Assembly (NCBI GenBank): GCA_036395815.1
Contig: DASWCX010000229.1
Location: forward strand, 1-30,766
DNA: 30,766 nt
Direction: 5' to 3'
Source: Actinomycetota bacterium
GTDB taxonomy: Bacteria; Actinomycetota; UBA4738
In this document: in pieces, positions 9,046-17,226 of the stretch
Position numbering within the stretch: the first letter of the stretch is position 1
Layout: the number at the start of each line of letters is the position of its first letter
Translations under genes and position numbers: made by a program
The notes under the pieces: generated by a model
Database searches by the model: none
Seen by the model: only the letters and a program-made list of their open reading frames with translations
Told to the model about the DNA's origin: nothing

Positions 9046-9204
9046 ATGTGCCTGACGTGTGGCTGCGGCGAGCCGAACGCCGATCACGGCGATCCCGCGC
9101 ACATCACCTACGACGACCTGAAGAAGGCCGCCGACGCGGCCGAGATCTCGATCGACGAGGCCGTCAAGAACTTCGACCAGACGGTCCAGAAGGCCCAGGC
9201 TTGA
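9046..9204 (+). CDS. 52-aa small protein with N-terminal CxxCxC motif
   Basis: AAAGGAGG RBS at 9033-9040 then ATG. Sequence MCLTCGCGEPNADHGDPAHITYDDLKKAADAAEISIDEAVKNFDQTVQKAQA. It is hidden at the end of track ORF 8434..9204. Confidence 0.72.
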   Translation: MCLTCGCGEPNADHGDPAHITYDDLKKAADAAEISIDEAVKNFDQTVQKAQA

Positions 9205-9256
9205 CGGACGCGGTGCGGGGCCTCAGCTGGGCGAGAGAAGCTGAGGCCCCACGCCG

Positions 9257-9763
9257 ATGATCCGCCTCCGGCATCGCGCCTCCAGCGGTGAGGAGCGGCC
9301 CTGGACGCTCCGAGAGGTGGTCCAGGGCCATCCCCTCGGCCATCCCAGCCACCCGATGTTCGTCCACTTCCCCGTGGCCTACTACATCGCCGTGCTGGCC
9401 TTCGACCTCCTGACGCGGCTGCATCCCGACGCCGGGCTGGTGTTCGCGGGCACCCTGCTTGTCCTCGGGGCCTTCATGGGCAGCGCCTTCGCCGTGACCA
9501 CCGGGCTGGTCGACTGGTTCCAGATGGTCGCCGGGTCGAAGAAGCGCCGGAAGGCGACGCAACACATGCTCCTCCAGCTCTCGACGTTCGCGCTGTTCGT
9601 GGTGGCGCTGGCGATGCGATGGGGGAGTCGCCGCGCTCCTCGGGCCGCCTGGTCCTGGATCGCCGTCGAGGCCCTGGGGGTTGCCGTGCTCGTAGTCGGC
9701 CAGTACCTCGGGGGCATCCTGGTCTACGAGATGGCCATGAGGGTCCGAACCAGCAGGGCCTGA
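9257..9763 (+). CDS. DUF2231-like membrane protein
   Basis: GHPSHPMFVHFPVA...AVTTGLVDW...ATQHMLLQ...VGQYLGGILVY; four hydrophobic helices with conserved His residues. Confidence 0.8.
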   Translation: MIRLRHRASSGEERPWTLREVVQGHPLGHPSHPMFVHFPVAYYIAVLAFDLLTRLHPDAGLVFAGTLLVLGAFMGSAFAVTTGLVDWFQMVAGSKKRRKATQHMLLQLSTFALFVVALAMRWGSRRAPRAAWSWIAVEALGVAVLVVGQYLGGILVYEMAMRVRTSRA

Positions 9764-9910
9764 TCCGAACCGGCAGGGCCCGGCCGCATGTGTGGTGCTT
9801 CTGTTCCAGGCGGCGACAAGCCGGGGCCCGGCCGGTAGCATGCTCTCCTTCGCGCCCGCGGTCGGCTCCACTCCGGGGTCGGCTCGAGGCGCACGGCGAG
9901 GGGGGCGGCC

Positions 9911-10759
9911 ACGAGCTCGTTCCAGGCGATCATCCTGGGCATCGTCCAGGGGCTTACCGAGTTCGCCCCGGTCTCCAGCTCGGGCCACCTCATCCTGGTG
10001 CCGTGGCTGTTCCACTGGAGCATCCTCACGAACGAGCAGCTGAACAAGACGTTCGACGTGGCCCTGCATTTGGGGACCTTCGTCGGAGCCGTCGTGTACT
10101 TCTGGCGCGATATCTGGCGATATCTGGTCTCCTGGATCCGTTCCATCCGCAGGCGCCGGGTCGAGACCGTCGACGAACGGCTCGCCTGGTACCTGGTCAT
10201 CGGGACCATCCCCGGCGCGTTGGCCGGGGCCCTCTTCGAAGACGTCATCGAGAGGAAGCTCGGCCAGCCATGGCTCATCGCGGTGATGCTGGCCGTGTTC
10301 GGTGTGGTCCTGTACCTGGTGGACCGTTCGGCTCGCCAGACCCGAACGTTCCGCGACCTGAGACTGAGGGACGCACTCGTCATCGGCATCGCCCAGGCCG
10401 TGGCGCTCCAACCGGGCGTGTCGAGGTCCGGCGTGACGATCACTGCCGCGCGGGGGCTCCGCCTCAAACGGGACCGGGCGGCGCGGTTCTCGTTCCTCCT
10501 CTCCATCCCGATCATCGGCGGAGCCGGGGCGTTCAAGGGGGCGAAGATCCTGCTCGGCAAGGAGACCATCCCGCATGGCTTCGCCGGCCCCTTCGCCTGG
10601 GGGATCATCGCCTCCGCGATCAGCGGCTTCGTGGTCATCTGGGCGTTGCTCGCCTACTTGCGCAAGCGCGACTTCGCCCCGTTCGTGGTCTACCGGCTGG
10701 CCGCGGCGGCGTTCGTGCTCGGCATCATCGCCGCCGGCGTCCGCCCTGCCTCGGTTTGA
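9911..10759 (+). CDS. uppP: Undecaprenyl-diphosphate phosphatase (start inferred at ACG 9911)
   Basis: In frame upstream of the track's GTG 9998 is SSFQAIILGIVQGLTEFAPVSSSGHL. Further motifs: FDVALHLGT, QAVALQPGVSRSGVTI, AARFSFLLSIP. No ATG/GTG/TTG lies in frame between the TAG at 9836 and 9998. Confidence 0.88.
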   Translation, partial: TSSFQAIILGIVQGLTEFAPVSSSGHLILVPWLFHWSILTNEQLNKTFDVALHLGTFVGAVVYFWRDIWRYLVSWIRSIRRRRVETVDERLAWYLVIGTIPGALAGALFEDVIERKLGQPWLIAVMLAVFGVVLYLVDRSARQTRTFRDLRLRDALVIGIAQAVALQPGVSRSGVTITAARGLRLKRDRAARFSFLLSIPIIGGAGAFKGAKILLGKETIPHGFAGPFAWGIIASAISGFVVIWALLAYLRKRDFAPFVVYRLAAAAFVLGIIAAGVRPASV

Positions 10760-10802
10760 CGCCCCGGGCCACCCCGGGAGATGGACGGCCCCCCGGGGGC
10801 GT
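10759..10802 (+). terminator. GC-rich inverted repeat after uppP, possible terminator
   Basis: ACGCCCCGGG (10759) is nearly complementary to CCCGGGGGCGT (ends 10802). There is no clear U-tract. Confidence 0.35.
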
Positions 10803-10876
10803 GTGTCAGAATGCCGCGCCATCTGCCAACTGATCGGGCCGGCTTCCCCAGCTTGGGCTTGACCGAGGAGCGCGAG

Positions 10877-11494
10877 ATGAGGTTCAGGATCATCCCCAGG
10901 GAGGAAGGCTTCCACGACCTGTTCGAGAAGGCCGCCGCGAACCTGGCCGAGACCGCCCGCCTCCTGCTGAAGCTCATGGTCGACTTCCACGATCCGGCCG
11001 CCGCGCACGCCGAGATCCGCCAGCGCGAGCACGAGGGTGACGAGATCACCCACCAGATCATGCGGGCGCTCAACACCACGTTCGTCACGCCGTTCGACCG
11101 CGAGGACATCCATCGGCTGGCCTCGGGCCTGGACGACATACTCGACGGGGTGGAGGCGGTGGCCGACCTGCTCGTTCTGCACCGGATCGAACAACCCCTG
11201 CCCGAGATGCGCCAGCAGGCCGACATCCTGTCTCGAGCCGCCGACCAGTGCTACCAGGCCATGGCGGGGCTTCGAAGCTTTTCCGGGCTGGATCAGTACT
11301 GGGTCGAGATCAATCGCCTGGAGAACGAAGGGGACCGGGTCTACCGGCAGACCGTGGCCCGGCTGTTCTCCGGCGACTACAAGGCCATGGACGTTCTCAA
11401 GTGGAAGGACCTGGTCGACCAGATGGAGGCTGCCATCGACGGTTGTGAGGACGTGGCCAACACGCTGGAGTCCATCGTCTTGAAGCACGCCTAG
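10877..11494 (+). CDS. DUF47/PhoU-like Pit accessory protein
   Basis: GAGGAG RBS then ATG at 10877. EHEGDEITH...NTTFVTPFDREDI..LASGLDDILD...LENEGD motifs. Confidence 0.9.
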   Translation: MRFRIIPREEGFHDLFEKAAANLAETARLLLKLMVDFHDPAAAHAEIRQREHEGDEITHQIMRALNTTFVTPFDREDIHRLASGLDDILDGVEAVADLLVLHRIEQPLPEMRQQADILSRAADQCYQAMAGLRSFSGLDQYWVEINRLENEGDRVYRQTVARLFSGDYKAMDVLKWKDLVDQMEAAIDGCEDVANTLESIVLKHA

Positions 11495-11497
11495 CCG

Positions 11498-12487
11498 GTG
11501 GTCACGACCGGCCTGGTCCTGGTCATCCTGGTTGCCCTGTCGTTCGACTTCTTCAACGGCTTCCACGACGCGGCGAACTCGATCGCCACCGTCGTCAGCA
11601 CCCGGGTCCTCTCGCCGAGCCTCGCCGTCGTCTGGGCGGCCGTCTTCAACTTCGTCGCGTTCCTGGTGTTCAAGACGAAGGTCGCCTCGACCATCGCCAA
11701 GGACGTGGTGAAGCCGGAGGTGTTCACCCTCGGCGTGGTGTTCGCCGGGCTCATCGGTGCCATCGCGTGGGACATCATCACGTGGTACTTCGGGCTTCCC
11801 ACGTCCTCGTCGCATGCCCTGATCGGCGGCATGGCGGGAGCCGCGGTTTCCAAGGCCGGGTGGCACTCGCTCATCGCCGAGGGCTTCCGCAAGATCGCCG
11901 TGTTCATCGTGCTCTCGCCCATCATCGGGCTGCTGCTCTCGTTCACGATCCTGGTCGGCGTGGAGTGGGCCTTCCACCGCTACCGGAAGGTGACCCGGCT
12001 GAACAAGGCGTTTCGCCGGACCCAGCTCGTGTCGGCGGCGGCGTTCAGCCTCGGCCACGGGGCGAACGACGCCCAGAAGACCATGGGCGTGATCCTGGCT
12101 GTCCTGATCGCGACGAAAGTGGTTCCGACCACCTCGGACGTGCCTTTGTGGGTGGTGCTCTCGGCCCACGCCGCGATCGCGCTGGGGACGCTGTCCGGCG
12201 GGTGGCGGATCGTCCACACGATGGGCTCGAGGATCACCAAGCTCCAGCCGGTCAGCGGGGCCAGCGCCGAAGCTGCAGCCGCGGCCACGCTTTTCTTCAC
12301 TGCGGCGCACGGGATCCCCGTGTCCACCACTCACACGATCACCGGCGCCATCGTGGGGGTCGGGTCGAGCCAACGGCTCTCCGCCGTACGGTGGGGCGTG
12401 GCCCGCCGGGTGGTGTGGGCGTGGATCCTGACCATCCCGGGCGCGTTCGCCGTGGCCTGGCTCGCGTACGCGCCGTTTCGCCTGTAG
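11498..12487 (+). CDS. pit: Inorganic phosphate transporter, PiT family
   Basis: FDFFNGFHDAANSIAT and HGANDAQKTMG signature motifs; PTSSSHALIGG; PVSTTHTITGAIVGVG. Confidence 0.93.
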   Translation: MVTTGLVLVILVALSFDFFNGFHDAANSIATVVSTRVLSPSLAVVWAAVFNFVAFLVFKTKVASTIAKDVVKPEVFTLGVVFAGLIGAIAWDIITWYFGLPTSSSHALIGGMAGAAVSKAGWHSLIAEGFRKIAVFIVLSPIIGLLLSFTILVGVEWAFHRYRKVTRLNKAFRRTQLVSAAAFSLGHGANDAQKTMGVILAVLIATKVVPTTSDVPLWVVLSAHAAIALGTLSGGWRIVHTMGSRITKLQPVSGASAEAAAAATLFFTAAHGIPVSTTHTITGAIVGVGSSQRLSAVRWGVARRVVWAWILTIPGAFAVAWLAYAPFRL

Positions 12488-12496
12488 GAGGATCGG

Positions 12497-12760
12497 ATGC
12501 CGAGGACGGTTGGACGACGGGCGCTGTTCTTCGCCGCGTTGGCGCTCCTCTCGCTGCTGCTGTACTACCCGACGCCGTCGGACTTCCGCTGGGTCTGCCT
12601 GTTCAGCGCGTCGCTCGGCGGTTTTTGGGCCGTGGCCCTGGCCCTCGAGGACCTCACGGGTCCGAGCGCTCCGCCGCGGCAACGACCCGTTCAGCCCACC
12701 GCGGAGTCGGAGAGCCCGTTCGCGCCGCCGCCTCCCCCGGGCGGGGGGGCGTCCTCGTGA
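12497..12760 (+). CDS. Small hypothetical membrane protein (2 TM, Pro-rich tail)
   Basis: AGGAGG RBS overlapping the pit stop; two hydrophobic segments; 87 aa. Confidence 0.65.
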   Translation: MPRTVGRRALFFAALALLSLLLYYPTPSDFRWVCLFSASLGGFWAVALALEDLTGPSAPPRQRPVQPTAESESPFAPPPPPGGGASS

Positions 12761-12820
12761 GACCCTCCTGAGTTCCCCCCTGGGTGCGGGCCCGCCGGGC
12801 GGTGCCATAGTTGACTGGCT

Positions 12821-13621
12821 GTGGGAGCCAACCGCGAGGAGCGCCCGGGCAGGTACGCCACCCAAGCCCGGACCTACGACCTGACCAGGTCCGCCAGCCC
12901 GACCGTTGTCCGGCTGGTGTCGAAATACCTCGGGCCGGCGAACGGGCGGCGGCTCCTCGAGATCGCCGCCGGGACCGCCAACTACGGCCGGGTCATGCAG
13001 GCCCGGGGGTTCGACCTGCTCGTCCTGGACGCGGAGTTCGAGATGGTGTCGCGCTCGGTGGGGAAGATCGGGCGGGGCCGGCAGATCGTCGCCGATGCCA
13101 TGGCCCTGCCTCTCCGCGCCCGGTCCGTCGACTGCGCCATGCTGGTCGCCGCCATCCACCTCATGCCCGATCCGGACCGGGCGATGTCGCAGGCCCGTCG
13201 GGTGATCCGGGACGGCCCGTTCGTGCTCCAGGCGTTCACCGAGGAGAACATGGCCCCGATCTTCGTTCTGGAGTACTTCCCAGGGTCGGAGCTGCTGAAC
13301 GACTTCCATCCACCGGCGGCGGAGTTCGCCCGGCGCCTCGAAGCCGCGGGGTTCTCTCGGATTGAGCACGAGAAGTTCGTGTATCTGGACACGGCGGACG
13401 GGACGCTGCCGGCGCTGCACACCGACGCGCTCCGGCTGGCCGGACCCGCGTACCTGCGCAACAACTCGTGGTTCAACCGAATCCCGGAGGACGTTCGGGA
13501 GGCCGGGCTGGCCCGGCTGGCCGAGGACCTCCGGTCCGGCGCCCTCGAGGAGAAGGTGAAGGCCTCGTTCCAGGAGGCCGTGGTCACCGGGCACGGCATC
13601 GTCTTTGCAGCCTGGCCCTGA
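12821..13621 (+). CDS. Class I SAM-dependent methyltransferase
   Basis: YDLTR, LLEIAAGTANY (motif I variant), VLDAEFEM, ADAMALPLRARSVDC motifs. Confidence 0.8.
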   Translation: MGANREERPGRYATQARTYDLTRSASPTVVRLVSKYLGPANGRRLLEIAAGTANYGRVMQARGFDLLVLDAEFEMVSRSVGKIGRGRQIVADAMALPLRARSVDCAMLVAAIHLMPDPDRAMSQARRVIRDGPFVLQAFTEENMAPIFVLEYFPGSELLNDFHPPAAEFARRLEAAGFSRIEHEKFVYLDTADGTLPALHTDALRLAGPAYLRNNSWFNRIPEDVREAGLARLAEDLRSGALEEKVKASFQEAVVTGHGIVFAAWP

Positions 13622-13664
13622 CCCGCGGGTATAGTCGGTGCAGCGGACCGAGGAGGGACGAGCC

Positions 13665-14795
13665 ATGGCGCAGGATCTGGGACAGCCGCAGCAGCAGGTC
13701 GACGAGGACTTCATGCCCCTCCTGGGCATCGACCACGTCGAGTACTACGTGGGCAACGCCCGGCAGGCCGCCTACTACTATTCGAAGGCCTTCGGGTTCC
13801 ACGTCACCGCGTACGCTGGGCCGGAGACGAAGGTCAGGGACCGGGCGTCCTGGGTCGTCGAACAGGGCGAGGCCCGCTATGTGTTCACCGGCTCCATGGG
13901 TCCCGAGGGCCCCATCGCCGACCACGTCCGGGAGCATGGCGACGGCGTGAAGGACGTGGCCTTCCGGGTGCCCGACGCCTCCGACGCGTTCGAGCAGGCC
14001 ACGTCGCGGGGGGCGAAGGCGGTCCTCGAGCCCACCGTTCTCGAGGACGACCAGGGCAAGGTGGTCCACTCGGCCATCGCGGCGTACGGCGACACCGTGC
14101 ATTCGTTCATCGAGCGCGAGAACTACTCGGGCGTGTTCCTCCCCGGCTACCGCGCCGAGGATCCCATCGCCGACGAAGGGCCGGAGGCCGGCATCAAGCT
14201 CATCGACCACGTGGTGTGCAACGTCGAGCTGGGCAAGATGAACGACTGGGCCCAGTTCTACGCGCAGATCATGGGCTTCAACCAGCTGGTGCACTTCCGC
14301 GACGACCAGATCTCATCCGAGTACTCCGCGCTCATGTCGAAGGTGATGTGGGACGGGGTGGGACGGGTGAAGCTGCCCATCAACGAACCGGCCCCCGGGA
14401 AGAAGAAGAGCCAGATCGACGAGTACATCCAGTTCTACCGGGGCCCGGGGGTGCAGCACATCGCGATGCTCACCGAGGACATCGTCTCGACGGTGGACGC
14501 GCTGCGAATGCGGGGGATGAAGTTCATCCGCGTGCCGGCGACGTACTACGAGGCGGCGCGGGAGAAGGTCGGGGAGATCAACGAGGAATGGGCCGACATC
14601 GAGCGGCTGAACATCCTGGCCGACCGGGACGAGGAGGGCTACCTCCTGCAGATCTTCACCAGGAACGTCCAGGACCGCCCGACGATGTTCTACGAGCTGA
14701 TCGAACGCCGCGGCTCACGCGGCTTCGGCCTGGGCAACTTCAAGGAGCTGTTCCTGGCGATCGAACGGGAGCAGGAGGAGCGCGGCAACCTGTAA
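13665..14795 (+). CDS. hppD: 4-hydroxyphenylpyruvate dioxygenase
   Basis: GIDHVEYYVGNARQAA, HGDGVKDVAF, IDHVVCNV (Fe-His), SQIDEY...GVQHIAM (Fe-His), FYELIER (Fe-Glu), GFGLGNFKELF. GAGGAGGG RBS before ATG 13665. Confidence 0.95.
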   Translation: MAQDLGQPQQQVDEDFMPLLGIDHVEYYVGNARQAAYYYSKAFGFHVTAYAGPETKVRDRASWVVEQGEARYVFTGSMGPEGPIADHVREHGDGVKDVAFRVPDASDAFEQATSRGAKAVLEPTVLEDDQGKVVHSAIAAYGDTVHSFIERENYSGVFLPGYRAEDPIADEGPEAGIKLIDHVVCNVELGKMNDWAQFYAQIMGFNQLVHFRDDQISSEYSALMSKVMWDGVGRVKLPINEPAPGKKKSQIDEYIQFYRGPGVQHIAMLTEDIVSTVDALRMRGMKFIRVPATYYEAAREKVGEINEEWADIERLNILADRDEEGYLLQIFTRNVQDRPTMFYELIERRGSRGFGLGNFKELFLAIEREQEERGNL

Positions 14796-14863
14796 CGGTT
14801 CGTTCGGGCCGCATCACCCTCGGATGGGTTGGGTCCAAGAAGCGTGATCGGACACCGCCTAGT

Positions 14864-15268
14864 TCACCTCCGCTTCAGCACGATCACGTCGGCTCGGTGC
14901 CCCGGCACCTCTGCCAGACTACGGTCGGCGGTGAGCAGCTGAGCTCCGAGTCGTTCCGCCAGGGCCAGGTACAGGGCGTCGTGGAAGGTGGTGTTCTGCC
15001 GGAGTTCGAAGGCCCGCATCAGGAAGGGGGTGTGCGGATGTCTGATGAGGGCAAGCATTCTGAGGCGGCTCATCGCGCGAACCGCCCGCCTCTGCGGAAG
15101 CGAGCCACGAAGAGCGAAGCGACGAAGGACTTGGCCCACCTCCGCGTCGAGGAGATGGGGCCCGTGCAGCGCGCCTCCCGCCGCGGAGATCTCGTCGGCG
15201 GCCTGCCGCCCCAGGTTCGGTGTGGCGAGCAGCAGTTCGACCGCGACCGACGCGTCGAGGACGATCAC
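14864..15268 (-). CDS. vapC: VapC-family PIN-domain toxin
   Basis: MIVLDASV...HLLDAEV...FHDALYLALAERL...LLTADRSL retains the PIN acidic tetrad. The start overlaps the antitoxin stop (GTGA). Confidence 0.9.
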   Translation of the reverse strand: MIVLDASVAVELLLATPNLGRQAADEISAAGGALHGPHLLDAEVGQVLRRFALRGSLPQRRAVRAMSRLRMLALIRHPHTPFLMRAFELRQNTTFHDALYLALAERLGAQLLTADRSLAEVPGHRADVIVLKRR

Positions 15269-15513
15269 CCGATCAGGTGTCGCGTCCTGGCATCCCGTTC
15301 AGCACGCACCGCTGCAGCGGAGCCCTGGTCCTGAGGGACGGGTCCGTCCTCCTGGACATCCCTCCACCACTCATCGAATGAGGGCAGGCTGGCCACCCGC
15401 TCGATCTCCTTGAGGAGATACTCCGAGAGCGACATGCCCGCCCGGGCGGCCCTGGCCTTCATCTCGCGGTGGACCTGGTCAGGGACGTTTCGGATCTGGA
15501 TCATCTTGCTCAT
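15265..15513 (-). CDS. vapB: FitA/VapB-like ribbon-helix-helix antitoxin
   Basis: MSKMIQIRNVPDQVHREMKARAARAGMSLSEYLL is an RHH pattern; the gene lies directly upstream of and overlaps the PIN gene. The start could alternatively be 15522. Confidence 0.85.
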   Translation of the reverse strand: MSKMIQIRNVPDQVHREMKARAARAGMSLSEYLLKEIERVASLPSFDEWWRDVQEDGPVPQDQGSAAAVRAERDARTRHLIG

Positions 15514-15545
15514 GTCAGCCACATGTTTAGCATGTGAAGTACATG
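15511..15545. promoter_or_regulatory. Dyad operator, probably for VapB autoregulation
   Basis: CATGT-N4-CACATG-N5-CATGTG-N4-ACATG is symmetric about 15528, with four CATG cores spaced 11/9/11 bp. Confidence 0.7.
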
Positions 15546-16424
15546 CAAGGGCCGCAGACCCGGACGAACGGCGCCCACGAGGTCTGGACCGAGAAGGAGG
15601 CCCGGCCCAGGCGGAAGTGGCACCGGGAGACGTTCGCCTGCGCGTTCAGCGGGCACGTGGTGCCGGCGGCCGGTGTGGCCCAGCTCAGGCCCGAGGACGC
15701 CGGCCTCGGGATCGACCTGCCCGACGGCCGTCGGCTGGCCCGGTGCGTGCGGTGCGACGCGTGGGTCCAGACCACGCGGCCGGCCAACCCCGAACGGCAA
15801 CACCTCCCTCCCCTCGATCAGCTCGAGGTCCCGAAGCGTGGACGCCGGCTTCGCGACCTGCTGGTCCTCCGCCTGATCGCCATCGACCGGGGGATCCACT
15901 CGGTGATCTTCGGGATCATCGGCGCTGCGCTGATCCTCCTGGAGGTGAACCTCGGCTCGCTCGACCGCGGGGCCCGCGACCTGGTCGACCGGTTGACCGG
16001 TGCGGCCTCGGATACCGGACCGGCCGGGAGCCGCACCTTCCTGGTCCGGGAGCTCCAGAGCTTCCTTCACGTCCAGAAGCACGCGCTGCTGATCCTTGCC
16101 GTGACGGCGGTGGCCTATTGCGCAGTCGAAGGCGTGGAGGCGGTCGGCCTGTGGCTCGAGAAGCGGTGGGCCGAATACCTGACCGCCGTGGCGACGGCGG
16201 GGTTCCTGCCGTTCGAGATTCACGAGCTGCTCAAGAGGGTGACGTGGCTCCGGATCACCGCGCTGGTCGTCAACGTGGCGATCCTCGTGTGGCTGGTGTG
16301 GAAGAAACGACTGTTCGGTGTGCGAGGCGGCACCGCGAGCCTCGAAGACGACGAGGAGTTCGACCGTGCCGCGCTGTTCGGTCCGCCCGGGAGGGCGCCC
16401 TCCTCCGCGCGGTCCGGCGCTTGA
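15534..16424 (+). CDS. DUF2127-like membrane protein with N-terminal Cys/His cluster
   Basis: CAFSGH...RCVRCDAW, then LRLIAIDRG...EGVEAVGLWLEKRWAEYLTAVATAGFLPFEIHEL. The start may be ATG 15543. Confidence 0.8.
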   Translation: MKYMQGPQTRTNGAHEVWTEKEARPRRKWHRETFACAFSGHVVPAAGVAQLRPEDAGLGIDLPDGRRLARCVRCDAWVQTTRPANPERQHLPPLDQLEVPKRGRRLRDLLVLRLIAIDRGIHSVIFGIIGAALILLEVNLGSLDRGARDLVDRLTGAASDTGPAGSRTFLVRELQSFLHVQKHALLILAVTAVAYCAVEGVEAVGLWLEKRWAEYLTAVATAGFLPFEIHELLKRVTWLRITALVVNVAILVWLVWKKRLFGVRGGTASLEDDEEFDRAALFGPPGRAPSSARSGA

Positions 16425-17226
16425 CCGAAGGAGGCGCGGCCGCCACCGTAAGGATGGGCAGCGATGCCGCCGGCCCACCGGGTTTGCCCCTGGCCGATGC
16501 GAACTTCGCGCCGTAATCCGGGCGCCGGAGCAGCCCGATCCTGGACGGCGGCCAGATGGTAACGAAGGCCCGGCCGATCACCTTGTCCAATGGGATGTCG
16601 CCGAGGGTCCCGCGGGAGTCGTTCGAATCGCCCCGGTTGTCGCCCATCACGAACAGCCTGCCGCGGGGCACCGTGTCCGTGAAGTCGGCCGTGCTGATGA
16701 CCGGCCCGAGGTAGTGCTCGGACAGACGCTTCCCGTCGATGAACACGATCCCGTGGGTGACCTCGACGGTCTCGCCGGGGAGCCCGATCACCCGCTTGAT
16801 GAAGTCCTTGTTCGGATCGCGCGAGATGCCCAGGCCGTCGGTGAGCCAGTGGACGACTGCGGACAACGGCGAACGATGCTGCACGATCGGATGGGGATCG
16901 GAGAACACGATGATGTCGCCTCGCCTCGGCGGGTGGATGTGGTACACGACCTTGTTCACCAGCACCCGGTCGCCCACGTCGAGCGTGTGCTCCATCGAGC
17001 CCGACGGGATGTAGAACGCCTGGATCAGGAAGGTCTTGATCAGCAGGGCCAGGATGAAGGCGAGCAGCAGGAGGCCTGGGAGCTCGCGGAAGAACCCCAG
17101 AACCGCCTTCATCGGGTCGCGGGTCCGGCCCCGGGCGGCCTCCTGCTCGCGTCCCGTCTCCGAGGGCGGACCAGGCTCCTTGTCCTCCCGGTCCCGTTCG
17201 GAGGGTTCCGGCGTCGGCCCCTCCAT
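16270..17226 (-). CDS. lepB: Signal peptidase I
   Basis: QAFYIPSGSMEHTL (catalytic Ser), DFIKRVIGLPG (catalytic Lys), FVMGDNRGDSNDSR. ATG at 17226 overlaps the upstream stop (TGATG). Confidence 0.93.
   Translation of the reverse strand: MEGPTPEPSERDREDKEPGPPSETGREQEAARGRTRDPMKAVLGFFRELPGLLLLAFILALLIKTFLIQAFYIPSGSMEHTLDVGDRVLVNKVVYHIHPPRRGDIIVFSDPHPIVQHRSPLSAVVHWLTDGLGISRDPNKDFIKRVIGLPGETVEVTHGIVFIDGKRLSEHYLGPVISTADFTDTVPRGRLFVMGDNRGDSNDSRGTLGDIPLDKVIGRAFVTIWPPSRIGLLRRPDYGAKFASARGKPGGPAASLPILTVAAAPPSVKRRTARRRAPSRADRTARHGRTPRRLRGSRCRLAHRTVVSSTPATRGSPR

Noticed and set aside
9840-10043. ATG 9840 as the uppP start
   Set aside because: Out of frame with uppP and embedded in a TAGCAT -10-like box. 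It would work only with an extra G in the G6 run, which is kept as an alternative in the uppP finding.
9164-13729. 1521-aa minus-strand ORF
   Set aside because: Antisense shadow of uppP, DUF47, pit and the methyltransferase. It is low-complexity and Arg/Gly/Pro-rich with no motifs; such frames are common in high-GC DNA.
14800-15530. vapBC as part of a mobile element
   Set aside because: No flanking direct or inverted repeats, integrase or transposase were found around it.
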